This document shows, in pieces, positions 9,653 to 18,231 of a DNA stretch of 39,768 nucleotides. Every line of letters starts with the position of its first letter. Positions within the stretch are counted from its first letter, which is position 1. Under the pieces are notes generated by a model. It was not told the DNA's origin and did no database searches. It saw only the letters and a program-made list of their open reading frames with translations. The position numbers and the translations under genes were made by a program. Source of the stretch: a virus; the IMG/VR virus record IMGVR_UViG_3300031760_006869, positions 1 to 39,768 of that record. One strand, written 5' to 3'.

Positions 9653-10071
9653 TTTGACTTAGTTCTCGGTAAGTCAAAATTCTTGGGTATAGTCAATGTT
9701 GGGTTTTAATTGACTACTCCTCGGTGCTGTTTCTGCATACTTGTACTGTTCTTGTATTGCTTGTGGCCACTCCTAGGAATGTGGTCACATTAAACAGCTT
9801 TAAATAATCTACTTTTTTTCATTAAATTATTTCTTTGCATATGCTCTTTTGAAAACATTTAAATCTTATTTTATTCAATATTTATACTGAGGAGTGTTCT
9901 TTGTAATTGTTATTGATATGGCCCTAACCCAAGTCATATTAAAAAAATAAATACTAAATATGGTATGTGTTTTTTTAATTAAAGCTAGGCTTGGCTATAT
10001 CCAGGGATTCTTACCGAGAACTAAGCGTTCCTTGTAGTCAAGGCCTTTCTATAGGAGGGATTGGCCATGAC
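9653..10071 (+). ncRNA. Candidate large structured RNA B / cis-regulatory leader with multi-stem fold and possible pseudoknot
   Basis: Five nested helices whose only non-Watson-Crick pairs are G:U on the + strand, plus a hairpin occluding the downstream RBS and start codon (see findings). Confidence 0.6.
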
Positions 10072-10141
10072 CTTAATCTTAGAAGGTATCTTCCATATTT
10101 TGGTTGGTATTTTTTTCATAATTATGGGAATCTTTTTTTAG
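10067..10141 (+). CDS. 24-aa hydrophobic peptide MTLILEGIFHILVGIFFIIMGIFF (speculative)
   Basis: GGAGG at 10054-10058 lies 8 nt before the ATG, and both sit inside a hairpin. The ORF could also be a T-rich shadow ORF. Confidence 0.35.
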   Translation: MTLILEGIFHILVGIFFIIMGIFF

Positions 10142-10451
10142 ATTTTCATACTTGATTAAGTCTATTCTTTAGTTACTAGGGATTCGAGTTTTTTATTTAG
10201 TTCACTTACTTTTTATTAATTTTTCTCGTAGTAATGATTGTTTGGAATGCTCCTCTTTTACTAGGAACTATTTTTTTCATTATTTATAATTTTTTCACTT
10301 TTTTTCTTTTTTTAGACAAGTTTCGTAAAATTTTAATTTGTTCGTATAATATGAGATTGTTTAGGTTTCTAATTTTATATACTAGTTTTTACAGAATAAT
10401 AATCACTCTTTTTTAAATATTAAAAAAACATAACCAAGCCAGAAAATATCC

Positions 10452-10476
10452 ACTTGCTTATTTGGAATAAGCAAGT
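10452..10476. promoter_or_regulatory. Perfect palindrome ACTTGCTTATT-TGG-AATAAGCAAGT (attP core or operator candidate)
   Basis: 11-bp perfect arms, about 165 bp upstream of the recombinase start. Confidence 0.35.
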
Positions 10477-10640
10477 AAACAATAGTAGGCTTTGTAAATC
10501 AGAACAAAAACAAACCAAACATTCATAGGCTAAACATTGAAAACTAGGTAAACAAAATCAAGCTTTATTAGTTTTCACATGCTCTATACAACAAAGGCAA
10601 AAATATTTAAAAAAGATAAAAAAATATGAAGTGATTAAAA

Positions 10641-12017
10641 ATGAAGAGAAACAATTTTTGCCAAACCGACAAGCTACTCCATCAAAGGGTAAAAGACTTA
10701 TCAAAGTCAAGCCAAAAGGAATACAATTATGTCTTCGATGACATATACCACCTGACAGGAAGAACACCTACAGAACTAGTAAAGATTGGACTTCAGGAAC
10801 AAGATCCATACGCAACCAACGAAAAGGGAGAGAAAACATACGAATACCTACCATTCAGAACCATAACCAGTATCCATGAGGAATATGAGGAATACCTGCG
10901 AAAAAATAGCAACATAAAGGAATCAACCATCAAAGGAAGATTGCTATACTTCAGAAGCTTATTCAATAAGCATAGGATAGAACTTCCAGACATGCCAATA
11001 TTCCACATCAAAAAACCACGTACAAGATTAAAGGAACTGCCTTTAGACAGTGAATTGAAACTAGCTATTGAATTGTCAACAGAACCAGTGCAACCTTTAT
11101 TATTCCTGACACCAAGGGTAACAGGCCTTCGTTTAAGTGATATAGAAACCTTCACCTATAACACAGTATTGGAAGCAACAAAACTTTATCATGACGGAAC
11201 ACTTGAAGACCTATTGAGCAAGAACCCTTATGAGATCATACCACGTTTTGAATTAGACCCTGTGAAAACAGAAAAGCAAGGTAACCTTTGCATAACATTT
11301 GCCACTCCAGAATGGACATATTATTTCTTCAGATACACCAAGTGGAGACAAAGGAAATATGAGGAAGCTGTAGATGAGCTTGAAAGATTGAAGCATGATG
11401 TGAGGGCAAAGAACAAGCATCGCAAAAACCGTATTGAAAAAAGGATACAGAAACTGAAAATCACTCCAGAATCCCCATTGTTCATTTCAAATTTATCCAG
11501 GGTAACCGGCTTGACAAAGGGAAGCATGGGAAGATTATTCTATGACATGAATGAGAAACTAATGTATGAATTAGGGCCTGATTATAATTATAAGAATGAG
11601 GATAACAATTACGGCCGTTTCAGAGCACATAACCTTCGTAAGCTATTCAGTACAACATGCAGGGTAAATATGGTTAAAATAAATGTTGAAAATCGTAACG
11701 ATAAGTTCAGGGAATTAGACATAGTCTCATTGTTCACAGGACATACTCCTCCAAACATGAGCAACAGTGAAGTTTATGATGCTGTTGAGGAGGATAGTTT
11801 TGATAGTGAATTGAGACAAGTGTATACTGCTCTTGTACCTTTCAACACAATCTATCGTGAGCAGTATGATTTGGAGCAGGAAAGACAAAGGGCTTTAGAA
11901 CTTCAGAAAGAGAATGAAAGAATCAAAAAGGATATTGATTCTGCAGTGAATCAGAAAATAAGTGAAGTGTTTAACGAGTATGGCATTGAGGAAATACTTA
12001 AAAAACATGGGCTATAA
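10641..12017 (+). CDS. int: Tyrosine recombinase / integrase
   Basis: Catalytic signature TGLRLSD (R)...RAHNLRK (HxxR)...TGH...VY. N-terminal SAM-like core-binding region. Confidence 0.9.
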   Translation: MKRNNFCQTDKLLHQRVKDLSKSSQKEYNYVFDDIYHLTGRTPTELVKIGLQEQDPYATNEKGEKTYEYLPFRTITSIHEEYEEYLRKNSNIKESTIKGRLLYFRSLFNKHRIELPDMPIFHIKKPRTRLKELPLDSELKLAIELSTEPVQPLLFLTPRVTGLRLSDIETFTYNTVLEATKLYHDGTLEDLLSKNPYEIIPRFELDPVKTEKQGNLCITFATPEWTYYFFRYTKWRQRKYEEAVDELERLKHDVRAKNKHRKNRIEKRIQKLKITPESPLFISNLSRVTGLTKGSMGRLFYDMNEKLMYELGPDYNYKNEDNNYGRFRAHNLRKLFSTTCRVNMVKINVENRNDKFRELDIVSLFTGHTPPNMSNSEVYDAVEEDSFDSELRQVYTALVPFNTIYREQYDLEQERQRALELQKENERIKKDIDSAVNQKISEVFNEYGIEEILKKHGL

Positions 12018-12041
12018 ACATAATAATATAGGTGAATGCTT

Positions 12042-12626
12042 ATGGTATTTGGAAAACTTAAGAAAAAGCATAATGAGATTATTGAAAATGCTCCAAATGC
12101 AGATGAAAGAAAGCTTAATCTTGAAGCTAAAAAACTAATGCGTCAACATGACATAGAGGGAATGACTTATAGGGAATTTTTAAAAAGTAAAGGAGTAGAC
12201 CTTAACAAGAATACTCCAGAACTTGTTAATGAATACCTTACTGATTGCTCCTGGGTAAAGCAGTATGATATTGATTGTTGGGTGCAGCTTAACGAGTCAT
12301 ATATGGATGTTAACAATTATGCAGGTGCAGCATTATCAGGTGGAAGATCTAACTTCACTATGAGCAATCGAAAAAAGCTAGAAGTTAAGACTGTAGCTTA
12401 CATTGCAGATAAGGGTGTTGTTTTCAAGAAGGCAATCAATAAGGCTGAAGACTTGAGGTTGCCATGGGAAACAATCACTAGCGTTAGCGTTGATGGCAAG
12501 AAAGGTGATATTGTTTGCGATAATGTGACTTATGTTGTCCAGTTTTTGCATAAGCAATTATGCAGCATATTCTTTGAGTATGTTGAAGGCCATATGTCTG
12601 GTGTCAAAGAGGAAGGTTGGAGCTAG
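12042..12626 (+). CDS. Hypothetical protein, C-terminal PH-like fold possible
   Basis: ATG 12042 follows an AGGTGA RBS. IADKGVVFK...LRLPWETITSVSV resembles bacterial PH-like domains found next to integrases. Confidence 0.6.
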   Translation: MVFGKLKKKHNEIIENAPNADERKLNLEAKKLMRQHDIEGMTYREFLKSKGVDLNKNTPELVNEYLTDCSWVKQYDIDCWVQLNESYMDVNNYAGAALSGGRSNFTMSNRKKLEVKTVAYIADKGVVFKKAINKAEDLRLPWETITSVSVDGKKGDIVCDNVTYVVQFLHKQLCSIFFEYVEGHMSGVKEEGWS

Positions 12627-12776
12627 AAATATAATGTTTATGAATACTTAGATAGAGGCCATATTTTAGAGAATAAAATTATGACCCTATTCTTTTTCAA
12701 CAGTTAATTTTATATATGTGCAGACCTATATATAAAATATAGGTTAGAACCTAATTAACCTAGGAAGTGATAAAAA

Positions 12777-13568
12777 ATGTTATTTAGTAAAATATGGCCT
12801 CCACATATAATAGAGGCAACAGAAATAAAAGACTGGAAAACATTCAGTTACGAATATGCAATAGACAATGGATTAAATCAACTTGAAGCCGAAAGCTTTT
12901 CAGATATGATAAGCTATTTCATAGGAAACGGTCCAGCAGTACCTTTAGAAAATAAATACTTCAAGGTGCAGAAGATACAGTTTGATATTTTAGCTGCAAT
13001 TCCAGACATAAGGATGGCACATGAAGATGAAAAAGAGCAAATAAGATTATTGTTTGACTATGTTTTCATAATGTACAATGAGAAGATCTACCAGTACACA
13101 AAAAAATCAGAAAAGTTAAGTTTCAGGATAACAAAGAAACAGTATGATGACTTCATGAGTGTTCCTGGAAAAGATAAGGCAGACAAACTGCAAACATTAC
13201 TATCAAGCTATTATCCTCCTACCAGTATTGAGAAAGATACTAATAAACAGAATGTTTGTGTTACTTGCAAGCACTTTGCTATAAAGGGAGGGTATTCTGG
13301 TGAGAACAAATACCTATGCCTTAAAGACCATATTCCAAATGCCCTTAATATTGGTATCAATTGTGATGACTATGAGAAAATATCTAAGGAAGATTATGTG
13401 AGATTAGAAGTAGCCCCTCGTTATGGCAGAACAGTACAGCAAGAGAGAGAAATCATGGAAGCATTAAACAATGGGAAAAAAGTTCTTTTAGTTGATCATG
13501 AAACATTGAAGAATAATCTCCTAGGACAGTTCCATGTAATCTATAAGAATGCTGATAAAGATGAGTGA
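12777..13568 (+). CDS. Hypothetical protein with possible RHH-like segment and Cys4 motif
   Basis: AGGAAGTGA RBS. Contains LSFRITKKQYDDF... and CVTCKHF...C...CDDY. Confidence 0.7.
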   Translation: MLFSKIWPPHIIEATEIKDWKTFSYEYAIDNGLNQLEAESFSDMISYFIGNGPAVPLENKYFKVQKIQFDILAAIPDIRMAHEDEKEQIRLLFDYVFIMYNEKIYQYTKKSEKLSFRITKKQYDDFMSVPGKDKADKLQTLLSSYYPPTSIEKDTNKQNVCVTCKHFAIKGGYSGENKYLCLKDHIPNALNIGINCDDYEKISKEDYVRLEVAPRYGRTVQQEREIMEALNNGKKVLLVDHETLKNNLLGQFHVIYKNADKDE

Positions 13569-13903
13569 TGGAGTTTAATCATTAGTATTTTTAAAATTTT
13601 ATATGACTGTTCAATATTTTCAGTATGGGAGTTGAACACTAAAAAATAAATCCCATACATTTCTATTTTTCAAACTTTTAATTGTTCAAATATTTCATTA
13701 TTTTTCTGAACAGTCTACACTTGAACATTATCTCTATAATAGTTTTCATATGCTCTCTTTATCGTAAAATAAATATAATGCAGATGTTAAAAATAATTTT
13801 ACCGAGAGTATCAATTGAATATTATTCAATCGGTTAAGAATTGATCATAAATAAAGTGTTATATATTAAGAATGATAAAAATTAGTATAGGAAAAAATAG
13901 TTC

Positions 13904-13973
13904 TTGAACAGGTTTCAAGCGAGAATTAAAGAATGGGGCAACATTCAATAATCCTCATCAACCTGTTTGTCAA
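13904..13973 (+). other. Nested stem-loop with apical GGGCAA loop (small RNA / leader candidate)
   Basis: ttgaacaggtt/aacctgtttgtcaa outer stem and gaatg-gggcaa-cattc inner hairpin. TATA-like ttatatatta near 13859. Confidence 0.35.
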
Positions 13974-14203
13974 CAGTGAAAAAATAGTAAACACCTAGGA
14001 AGTGATTATATTTTTAGCTGCGACAATATTATATATGATTGTTATATATATTTATACTTTACTTTAAAAAATGGTTTAAAGTGGGTTAAATATAAAATAG
14101 AGTTTAAAGAGTTTAGCATTGGCAATTTTAAAGGTTTAGCGAATGCTTTAGATAAATTAAACTGTTCGTATATAATAAAACAAATACTATTTTTAAAAAA
14201 AAT

Positions 14204-14389
14204 TTATTCTTTGTGCTTACTGACAACGATTTTTATGGAATTGTCTTCAGCTGTTTCAACAATCCATTCCATAGTGTCCCCTGGAGCAACTTCCAAAAAT
14301 TCTGCAATCTGTTTCGGTAAGCCGACTTTCAATGATTTTGATTTAGGATTTGCAAATCCTATTTTTGATTTAAACTTAAACATGATCAT
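14204..14389 (-). CDS. AbrB/SpoVT-family DNA-binding regulator
   Basis: SKSLKVGLPKQIAEFLEVAPGDTMEW motif. The only stand-alone minus-strand gene, divergent from the early operon. Confidence 0.8.
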   Translation of the reverse strand: MIMFKFKSKIGFANPKSKSLKVGLPKQIAEFLEVAPGDTMEWIVETAEDNSIKIVVSKHKE

Positions 14390-14530
14390 ACTCCCTTATA
14401 TGTGTTTTTTATAATATTAATTATGTATTTTAATATATATAAAATATACATATAAGTATATATAAAAAAGATATAAAATAGATACTTTTATATACTAGTA
14501 AAACAAACATAGTATTACAGAAAGGTAAAA
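14390..14530. promoter_or_regulatory. Divergent promoter region (putative lysogeny switch)
   Basis: Extremely AT-rich with several TATATA boxes, between the AbrB gene and the rightward early operon. Confidence 0.5.
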
Positions 14531-14576
14531 CGTGCAGGGGCAACTGCACAAAAAATACCTAGGAAGTGAAACAAAA

Positions 14577-14732
14577 ATGGAATTTTTAGAAGATGGCGTA
14601 AAACTCAACTTCGAGGAATACGCAGAAGTTATGAGAGCCTTACAAGCACTCGCTGCACTAAGGCCAATAGTACCTAGTTTTAATACAGATTTCAACTCTA
14701 AAAGTGTTACAACTGTAGAGGTGGAACCATGA
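14577..14732 (+). CDS. 51-aa hypothetical protein (first early gene)
   Basis: ATG 14577 follows an AGGAAGTGA RBS; this start is shorter than the ORF-track call. Confidence 0.65.
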   Translation: MEFLEDGVKLNFEEYAEVMRALQALAALRPIVPSFNTDFNSKSVTTVEVEP

Positions 14733-14899
14733 ACAAAGAACCAGTAAGATTATACAGGGCAAACCCTGCAGAGTCTTATTTCAATAAAGACCTAATCATA
14801 AGAATTAGCTTCACAACATTGCTAATCCTGGTAGCGATACTATTCATTCTAGTGTGCTTTTGGTTAATCCCACCAACATACGGATTTTTCCACTGGTGA
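14729..14899 (+). CDS. 56-aa single-TM membrane protein
   Basis: Hand-translated MNKEPVRLY...ISFTTLLILVAILFILVCFWLIPPTYGFFHW. ATGA overlap. Confidence 0.6.
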   Translation: MNKEPVRLYRANPAESYFNKDLIIRISFTTLLILVAILFILVCFWLIPPTYGFFHW

Positions 14900-14905
14900 T
14901 TAACA

Positions 14906-15019
14906 ATGTGGGCAACAGCACCAGGAGAACTAGATGACTATGACTTAGAATATCTCTATTCCATGATATTCTGTCAAGATGTAGAACTTATTGAATGGGG
15001 AAAGGAAAACAAACCCTAA
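14906..15019 (+). CDS. 37-aa acidic hypothetical protein
   Basis: Hand-translated MWATAPGELDDYDLEYLYSMIFCQDVELIEWGKENKP. Operon packing. Confidence 0.45.
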   Translation: MWATAPGELDDYDLEYLYSMIFCQDVELIEWGKENKP

Positions 15020-15047
15020 CTATTTACAATTTATAAGGTGATTATTC

Positions 15048-15917
15048 ATGGTTTTAAAATTAAAAAACAGAGCAAAAGAACCAAACCTCAAAAAGGTTCT
15101 CATATACGGTATGGATGGTTCAGGTAAAAGTACATTTGCAGAAACATACTGCAGAGAAAACGGATTGAATCCAATCTGTATAGACATTGACGATACTAAT
15201 TATACAAATGTGCCTATAGTTGAAATCAACTTGACTACAGACTTGACAACCTACAATTCAATCAAGGAAACCATTAAGGAAATAACCAAATCCGAATATG
15301 ATACTATTATCCTTGATGGAGTCACAAGCTTATTGGAAATGCTAACAAGCAAAGCCAAAGGTATGGCTGCATATTCTGATAGATCCAAAAGATGGAATGA
15401 CATCTTAAGGAATCTGGTCTCAAGCAAGAAAAACCTGATCTTCATAGGACAGATTGACATGAAACTCGTTTTTAACGATGACAGTCAATCATCTAAAGCA
15501 GTCATCAAAGTCAATTCAATGGTTAATGAAAAATACTACACTTACATTGATGACAAAGGCCAGTACTTGCATGATGTGAAAAAGTTCAGGACTTTAGAAC
15601 AGATTGAAGCTGAAGCCAAACCACAACCAAAGGCTAAATCTCCAAAAATAGAACCTACCCCTGTAACTGTTAGCCGAACTGTAACTGCTAATCAAGCAAA
15701 ACTTGAAGAACCTAAAACCGAAAAACTACAGGAAATGGTGGAGAAACTAAATCCGTTTGATAATGCTGAAGAGATAGCAACAAGTATCATAGCGGAATTG
15801 CCAACCAAAAACCTTGTAAAAGCATATGAAGAACTCATACGCTTAAATCGCAATGGGTTCATAACTGATGAAGAATGCCCAGCAATCAAACAAGAAATAG
15901 AGAGGTTGTTATCATGA
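15048..15917 (+). CDS. Sak4-like (AAA_24) P-loop ATPase / single-strand annealing protein
   Basis: KKVLIYGMDGSGKSTFA Walker A, TIILDGVTSL Walker B, and early-operon position. Confidence 0.8.
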   Translation: MVLKLKNRAKEPNLKKVLIYGMDGSGKSTFAETYCRENGLNPICIDIDDTNYTNVPIVEINLTTDLTTYNSIKETIKEITKSEYDTIILDGVTSLLEMLTSKAKGMAAYSDRSKRWNDILRNLVSSKKNLIFIGQIDMKLVFNDDSQSSKAVIKVNSMVNEKYYTYIDDKGQYLHDVKKFRTLEQIEAEAKPQPKAKSPKIEPTPVTVSRTVTANQAKLEEPKTEKLQEMVEKLNPFDNAEEIATSIIAELPTKNLVKAYEELIRLNRNGFITDEECPAIKQEIERLLS

Positions 15918-16099
15918 GAAAGCAGTACAAAGGAGTCAAAGAGGACGGAACTCTCCTCGCAGGCTCCTTACTCCTAGACACCACTAACAAAAAGGAAAGG
16001 GAAAGAATACTCAAGGATTATAAGCACTTATCCGGTGCAGAAAAACTAATCCTTGTCTATGATGGTGAAAGAGAATGCTATGAGGAGGTAATCATATGA
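15914..16099 (+). CDS. Hypothetical protein (61 aa)
   Basis: ATGA overlaps on both sides. Confidence 0.6.
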   Translation: MRKQYKGVKEDGTLLAGSLLLDTTNKKERERILKDYKHLSGAEKLILVYDGERECYEEVII

Positions 16100-16338
16100 T
16101 CTCCTCTACACTTATTTTTAATTCAGATATTTTCATTGATTGGTTAGTGTACAATGATGAGAAACATACAGAATACCTTGTCACTATAGACCTTGAAGAA
16201 AGGACTGTTAAATGTGATTGTCCTGACTTCAAGTTCAGAAAACAAAACCAAGAATATGGATGTGCTAAATTAACTGATATTGAACATCATTGCAAACACA
16301 TCCGAAAAGCATTAGGGGGGTCTTTAGATGCAATTTAA
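16096..16338 (+). CDS. SWIM zinc-finger protein
   Basis: CDCPDFKFR...HCKHIRKAL (CxC...CxH). Confidence 0.75.
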   Translation: MISSTLIFNSDIFIDWLVYNDEKHTEYLVTIDLEERTVKCDCPDFKFRKQNQEYGCAKLTDIEHHCKHIRKALGGSLDAI

Positions 16339-16873
16339 AAAAGGAGCTCAAGTAACTGCAAGGTTACATGAATCAACAAAACACAAATTAATGAAAACAG
16401 GTTATAATGCTGCAGAAGCAATCGAATGGTTTGTGAATGAGTATTATAGCAAGAATCCTAGAAGGAGACTCGAAATAAAACAAGATTTGGAAGAGATTGA
16501 ACTTAACAAGCTTAAAAAAATTGAATGCGAGGTTCAATTAGAGATTGAGCATAAAGAGAAATTGATTGATGATCTCATTCAGGAAAAAGGGAAATATCCT
16601 GAAGTTAAAGAATCTCCTATTGAGATTATGAGTATTGCTCCAGACCAAAATAGTGTTTTGAGTGATGATATTAAAGAGGCCATTAGCAGAATCAAACCGG
16701 TGTATGATGATAAAAAAGAGTTGATTGTAGGTAAGAACACTACTCCTGGTGAAGCTTTAGATGTTTTTATCAGCTTGAATGGGGAGTTTGTCCGGAATGT
16801 TTATTCAGAGTTTGGTAAAGGTTTGAAGTGGAGAGAGTTCAAGGAATTGTTGTTGTCTGAGGTGGTAAGCTAA
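16328..16873 (+). CDS. Putative DNA-binding protein (RHH-like N-terminus plus coiled coil); replication-initiator candidate
   Basis: QVTARLHESTKHKL...AAEAIEWFV pattern. Directly upstream of iteron-like repeats. Confidence 0.55.
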   Translation: MQFKKGAQVTARLHESTKHKLMKTGYNAAEAIEWFVNEYYSKNPRRRLEIKQDLEEIELNKLKKIECEVQLEIEHKEKLIDDLIQEKGKYPEVKESPIEIMSIAPDQNSVLSDDIKEAISRIKPVYDDKKELIVGKNTTPGEALDVFISLNGEFVRNVYSEFGKGLKWREFKELLLSEVVS

Positions 16874-17018
16874 ATGTTTTACAATGAATGTTTTACATTT
16901 TTGCGAAGATGGTTTGTTGAAATCAAATGTTTTACGTAAAACATTTTGTGTAAAACTGTAAAACATTTTTTTTAGAATATACTTTCGTACAATTGTATTA
17001 CATTAATTGTTTTACATT
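16873..17018. repeat. Iteron-like GTTTTAC/GTAAAAC repeats including a 22-bp perfect palindrome
   Basis: Seven copies, including AAATGTTTTACGTAAAACATTT at 16925-16946, followed by an AT-rich tract. Confidence 0.75.
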
Positions 17019-17097
17019 ATTATTATTATATTATTAAAATATTTTTTTTATTTATTATATTGAAGGTATAACGAAGTAAATTTAAAGGTGATATGAA

Positions 17098-17370
17098 ATG
17101 GGAATATTCAATATGATAGGAAACATATCCAATCGTAAAAATCAATTCAAATTATTCACAATGCTAATGAAAATGGGACTAAACAATCCAAATGAAGTGA
17201 CAAGTGTTTGTGCTACAGTCATAACAAGCATAGCAACAATGTATGAATTGCCAGAGGAAGACTTCAGAAAAATACTTGATGGGATGTTGGAGAAATATGA
17301 TGAAGTCAAAAATGACCCTGAAATCCAAGAAGAAATAAACAAGAAAATTAGGAGGGTCCCATATGATTAG
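17098..17370 (+). CDS. Hypothetical protein
   Basis: AGGTGA RBS; 90-aa ORF. Confidence 0.7.
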   Translation: MGIFNMIGNISNRKNQFKLFTMLMKMGLNNPNEVTSVCATVITSIATMYELPEEDFRKILDGMLEKYDEVKNDPEIQEEINKKIRRVPYD

Positions 17371-17773
17371 TACAAAGTTTGGAAATGCTTATAAAAGGAA
17401 AGATGGCTACTTCCAAATTTCTTCAGGCACATACCAAGGCAAGCTATTGCACAGATTGATATATGAAGAAAACTTTGGACCAATACCAGAAGGATTCCAC
17501 ATCCACCATCTTGATAATGATAAAAATAACAATGCTTTAGAAAACTTAGTATTGATAAGCAAGTCCAACCATCATAAATTGCATTTCAACATGATCAATA
17601 ATCCCAATTGGGGTAATGGCCGTATCGACAAGGCAGGAGGAGTAACCTTCCTTTCAGCTGAAAAGAATAAGGGAATGACTATGCAAGCAATTGCAGATGA
17701 ATTAGGATACAGCAATGTCTCCAGTATTTTCCATTACATTGACAGAAGAGGTTTAAGGTGGAATGAATTATGA
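17363..17773 (+). CDS. HNH endonuclease with C-terminal HTH
   Basis: LHRLIYE...IHHLDNDKNNNALENL...H, followed by MTMQAIADELGYSNVSSIFHY. Confidence 0.85.
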   Translation: MISTKFGNAYKRKDGYFQISSGTYQGKLLHRLIYEENFGPIPEGFHIHHLDNDKNNNALENLVLISKSNHHKLHFNMINNPNWGNGRIDKAGGVTFLSAEKNKGMTMQAIADELGYSNVSSIFHYIDRRGLRWNEL

Positions 17774-17928
17774 AAACCAATTGCTTTAATGTTATGATCC
17801 AGATTAAATGCATTCCTGGAGACAATCATGAGGCAGTATGTGAAGAACTTGCAGATGTTCTCATGGCTTTGGATATTCTGCCATATGATTATGAAGTCAG
17901 GTTCAAAAGGATAGGTGAGTACATATGA
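17770..17928 (+). CDS. 52-aa hypothetical protein
   Basis: Hand-translated MKTNCFNVMIQIKC...RIGEYI. ATGA overlaps. Confidence 0.5.
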   Translation: MKTNCFNVMIQIKCIPGDNHEAVCEELADVLMALDILPYDYEVRFKRIGEYI

Positions 17929-18035
17929 GTTTTTGCGAGGATTGCAAACATAAAACTGATGATTATTGTGGCTTGTTTGATGATGTATTGTTCTTTGAAA
18001 ACTGCATCTTCAGGAGGGGGAATGATGAAAAATAA
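17925..18035 (+). CDS. 36-aa Cys4 micro-protein
   Basis: Hand-translated MSFCEDCKHKTDDYCGLFDDVLFFENCIFRRGNDEK. Confidence 0.55.
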   Translation: MSFCEDCKHKTDDYCGLFDDVLFFENCIFRRGNDEK

Positions 18036-18225
18036 TACGATAATCATTTGTGGCTTGACAGAATGGGAAAAGGAAATGATGAAGGACAAAGGGAAATGCA
18101 GAGCTTGCATGTATAACGATTCATATTTTGATAGAAAAGAGCATGTTCAATTCTGTGGCAAAACCCATCAACGATTGAAAGCTGAAAAAACAGATTGCCC
18201 TGATTGGTTGCTTGACACTAGGTGA
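18022..18225 (+). CDS. Cys4 small protein
   Basis: GGAGG RBS before ATG 18022. CRACMY...FC...DCPDW. Confidence 0.6.
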   Translation: MMKNNTIIICGLTEWEKEMMKDKGKCRACMYNDSYFDRKEHVQFCGKTHQRLKAEKTDCPDWLLDTR

Positions 18226-18231
18226 TAAAGG

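Noticed and set aside
9658-10025. MITE or invertible DNA promoter
   Set aside because: Not favoured because mismatches in the inner arms are all G:U-compatible on one strand, and I saw no target-site duplication. Not fully excluded.
9000-10640. tRNA or rRNA gene or fragment as att site
   Set aside because: No cloverleaf or T-loop GTTCRA pattern found by eye.
10234-10767. ORFs 10234-10416 (+) and 10558-10767 (-)
   Set aside because: Low-complexity Phe/Ile-rich translations of T-tracts with no RBS; probably spurious.
12758-12770. ACCTAGGAAGTGA as a pure operator
   Set aside because: AGGAAGTGA is a near match to the archaeal Shine-Dalgarno (AGGAGGTGA) and precedes ATGs at 12777 and 14577. It is kept only as part of the leader finding.
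14211-14695. ORFs 14211-14414 (+) and 14495-14695 (-)
   Set aside because: Antisense shadows of the AbrB gene and the first early gene.
16873-17018. CRISPR mini-array
   Set aside because: Repeats are 7-11 bp, occur in both orientations and lack regular unique spacers.
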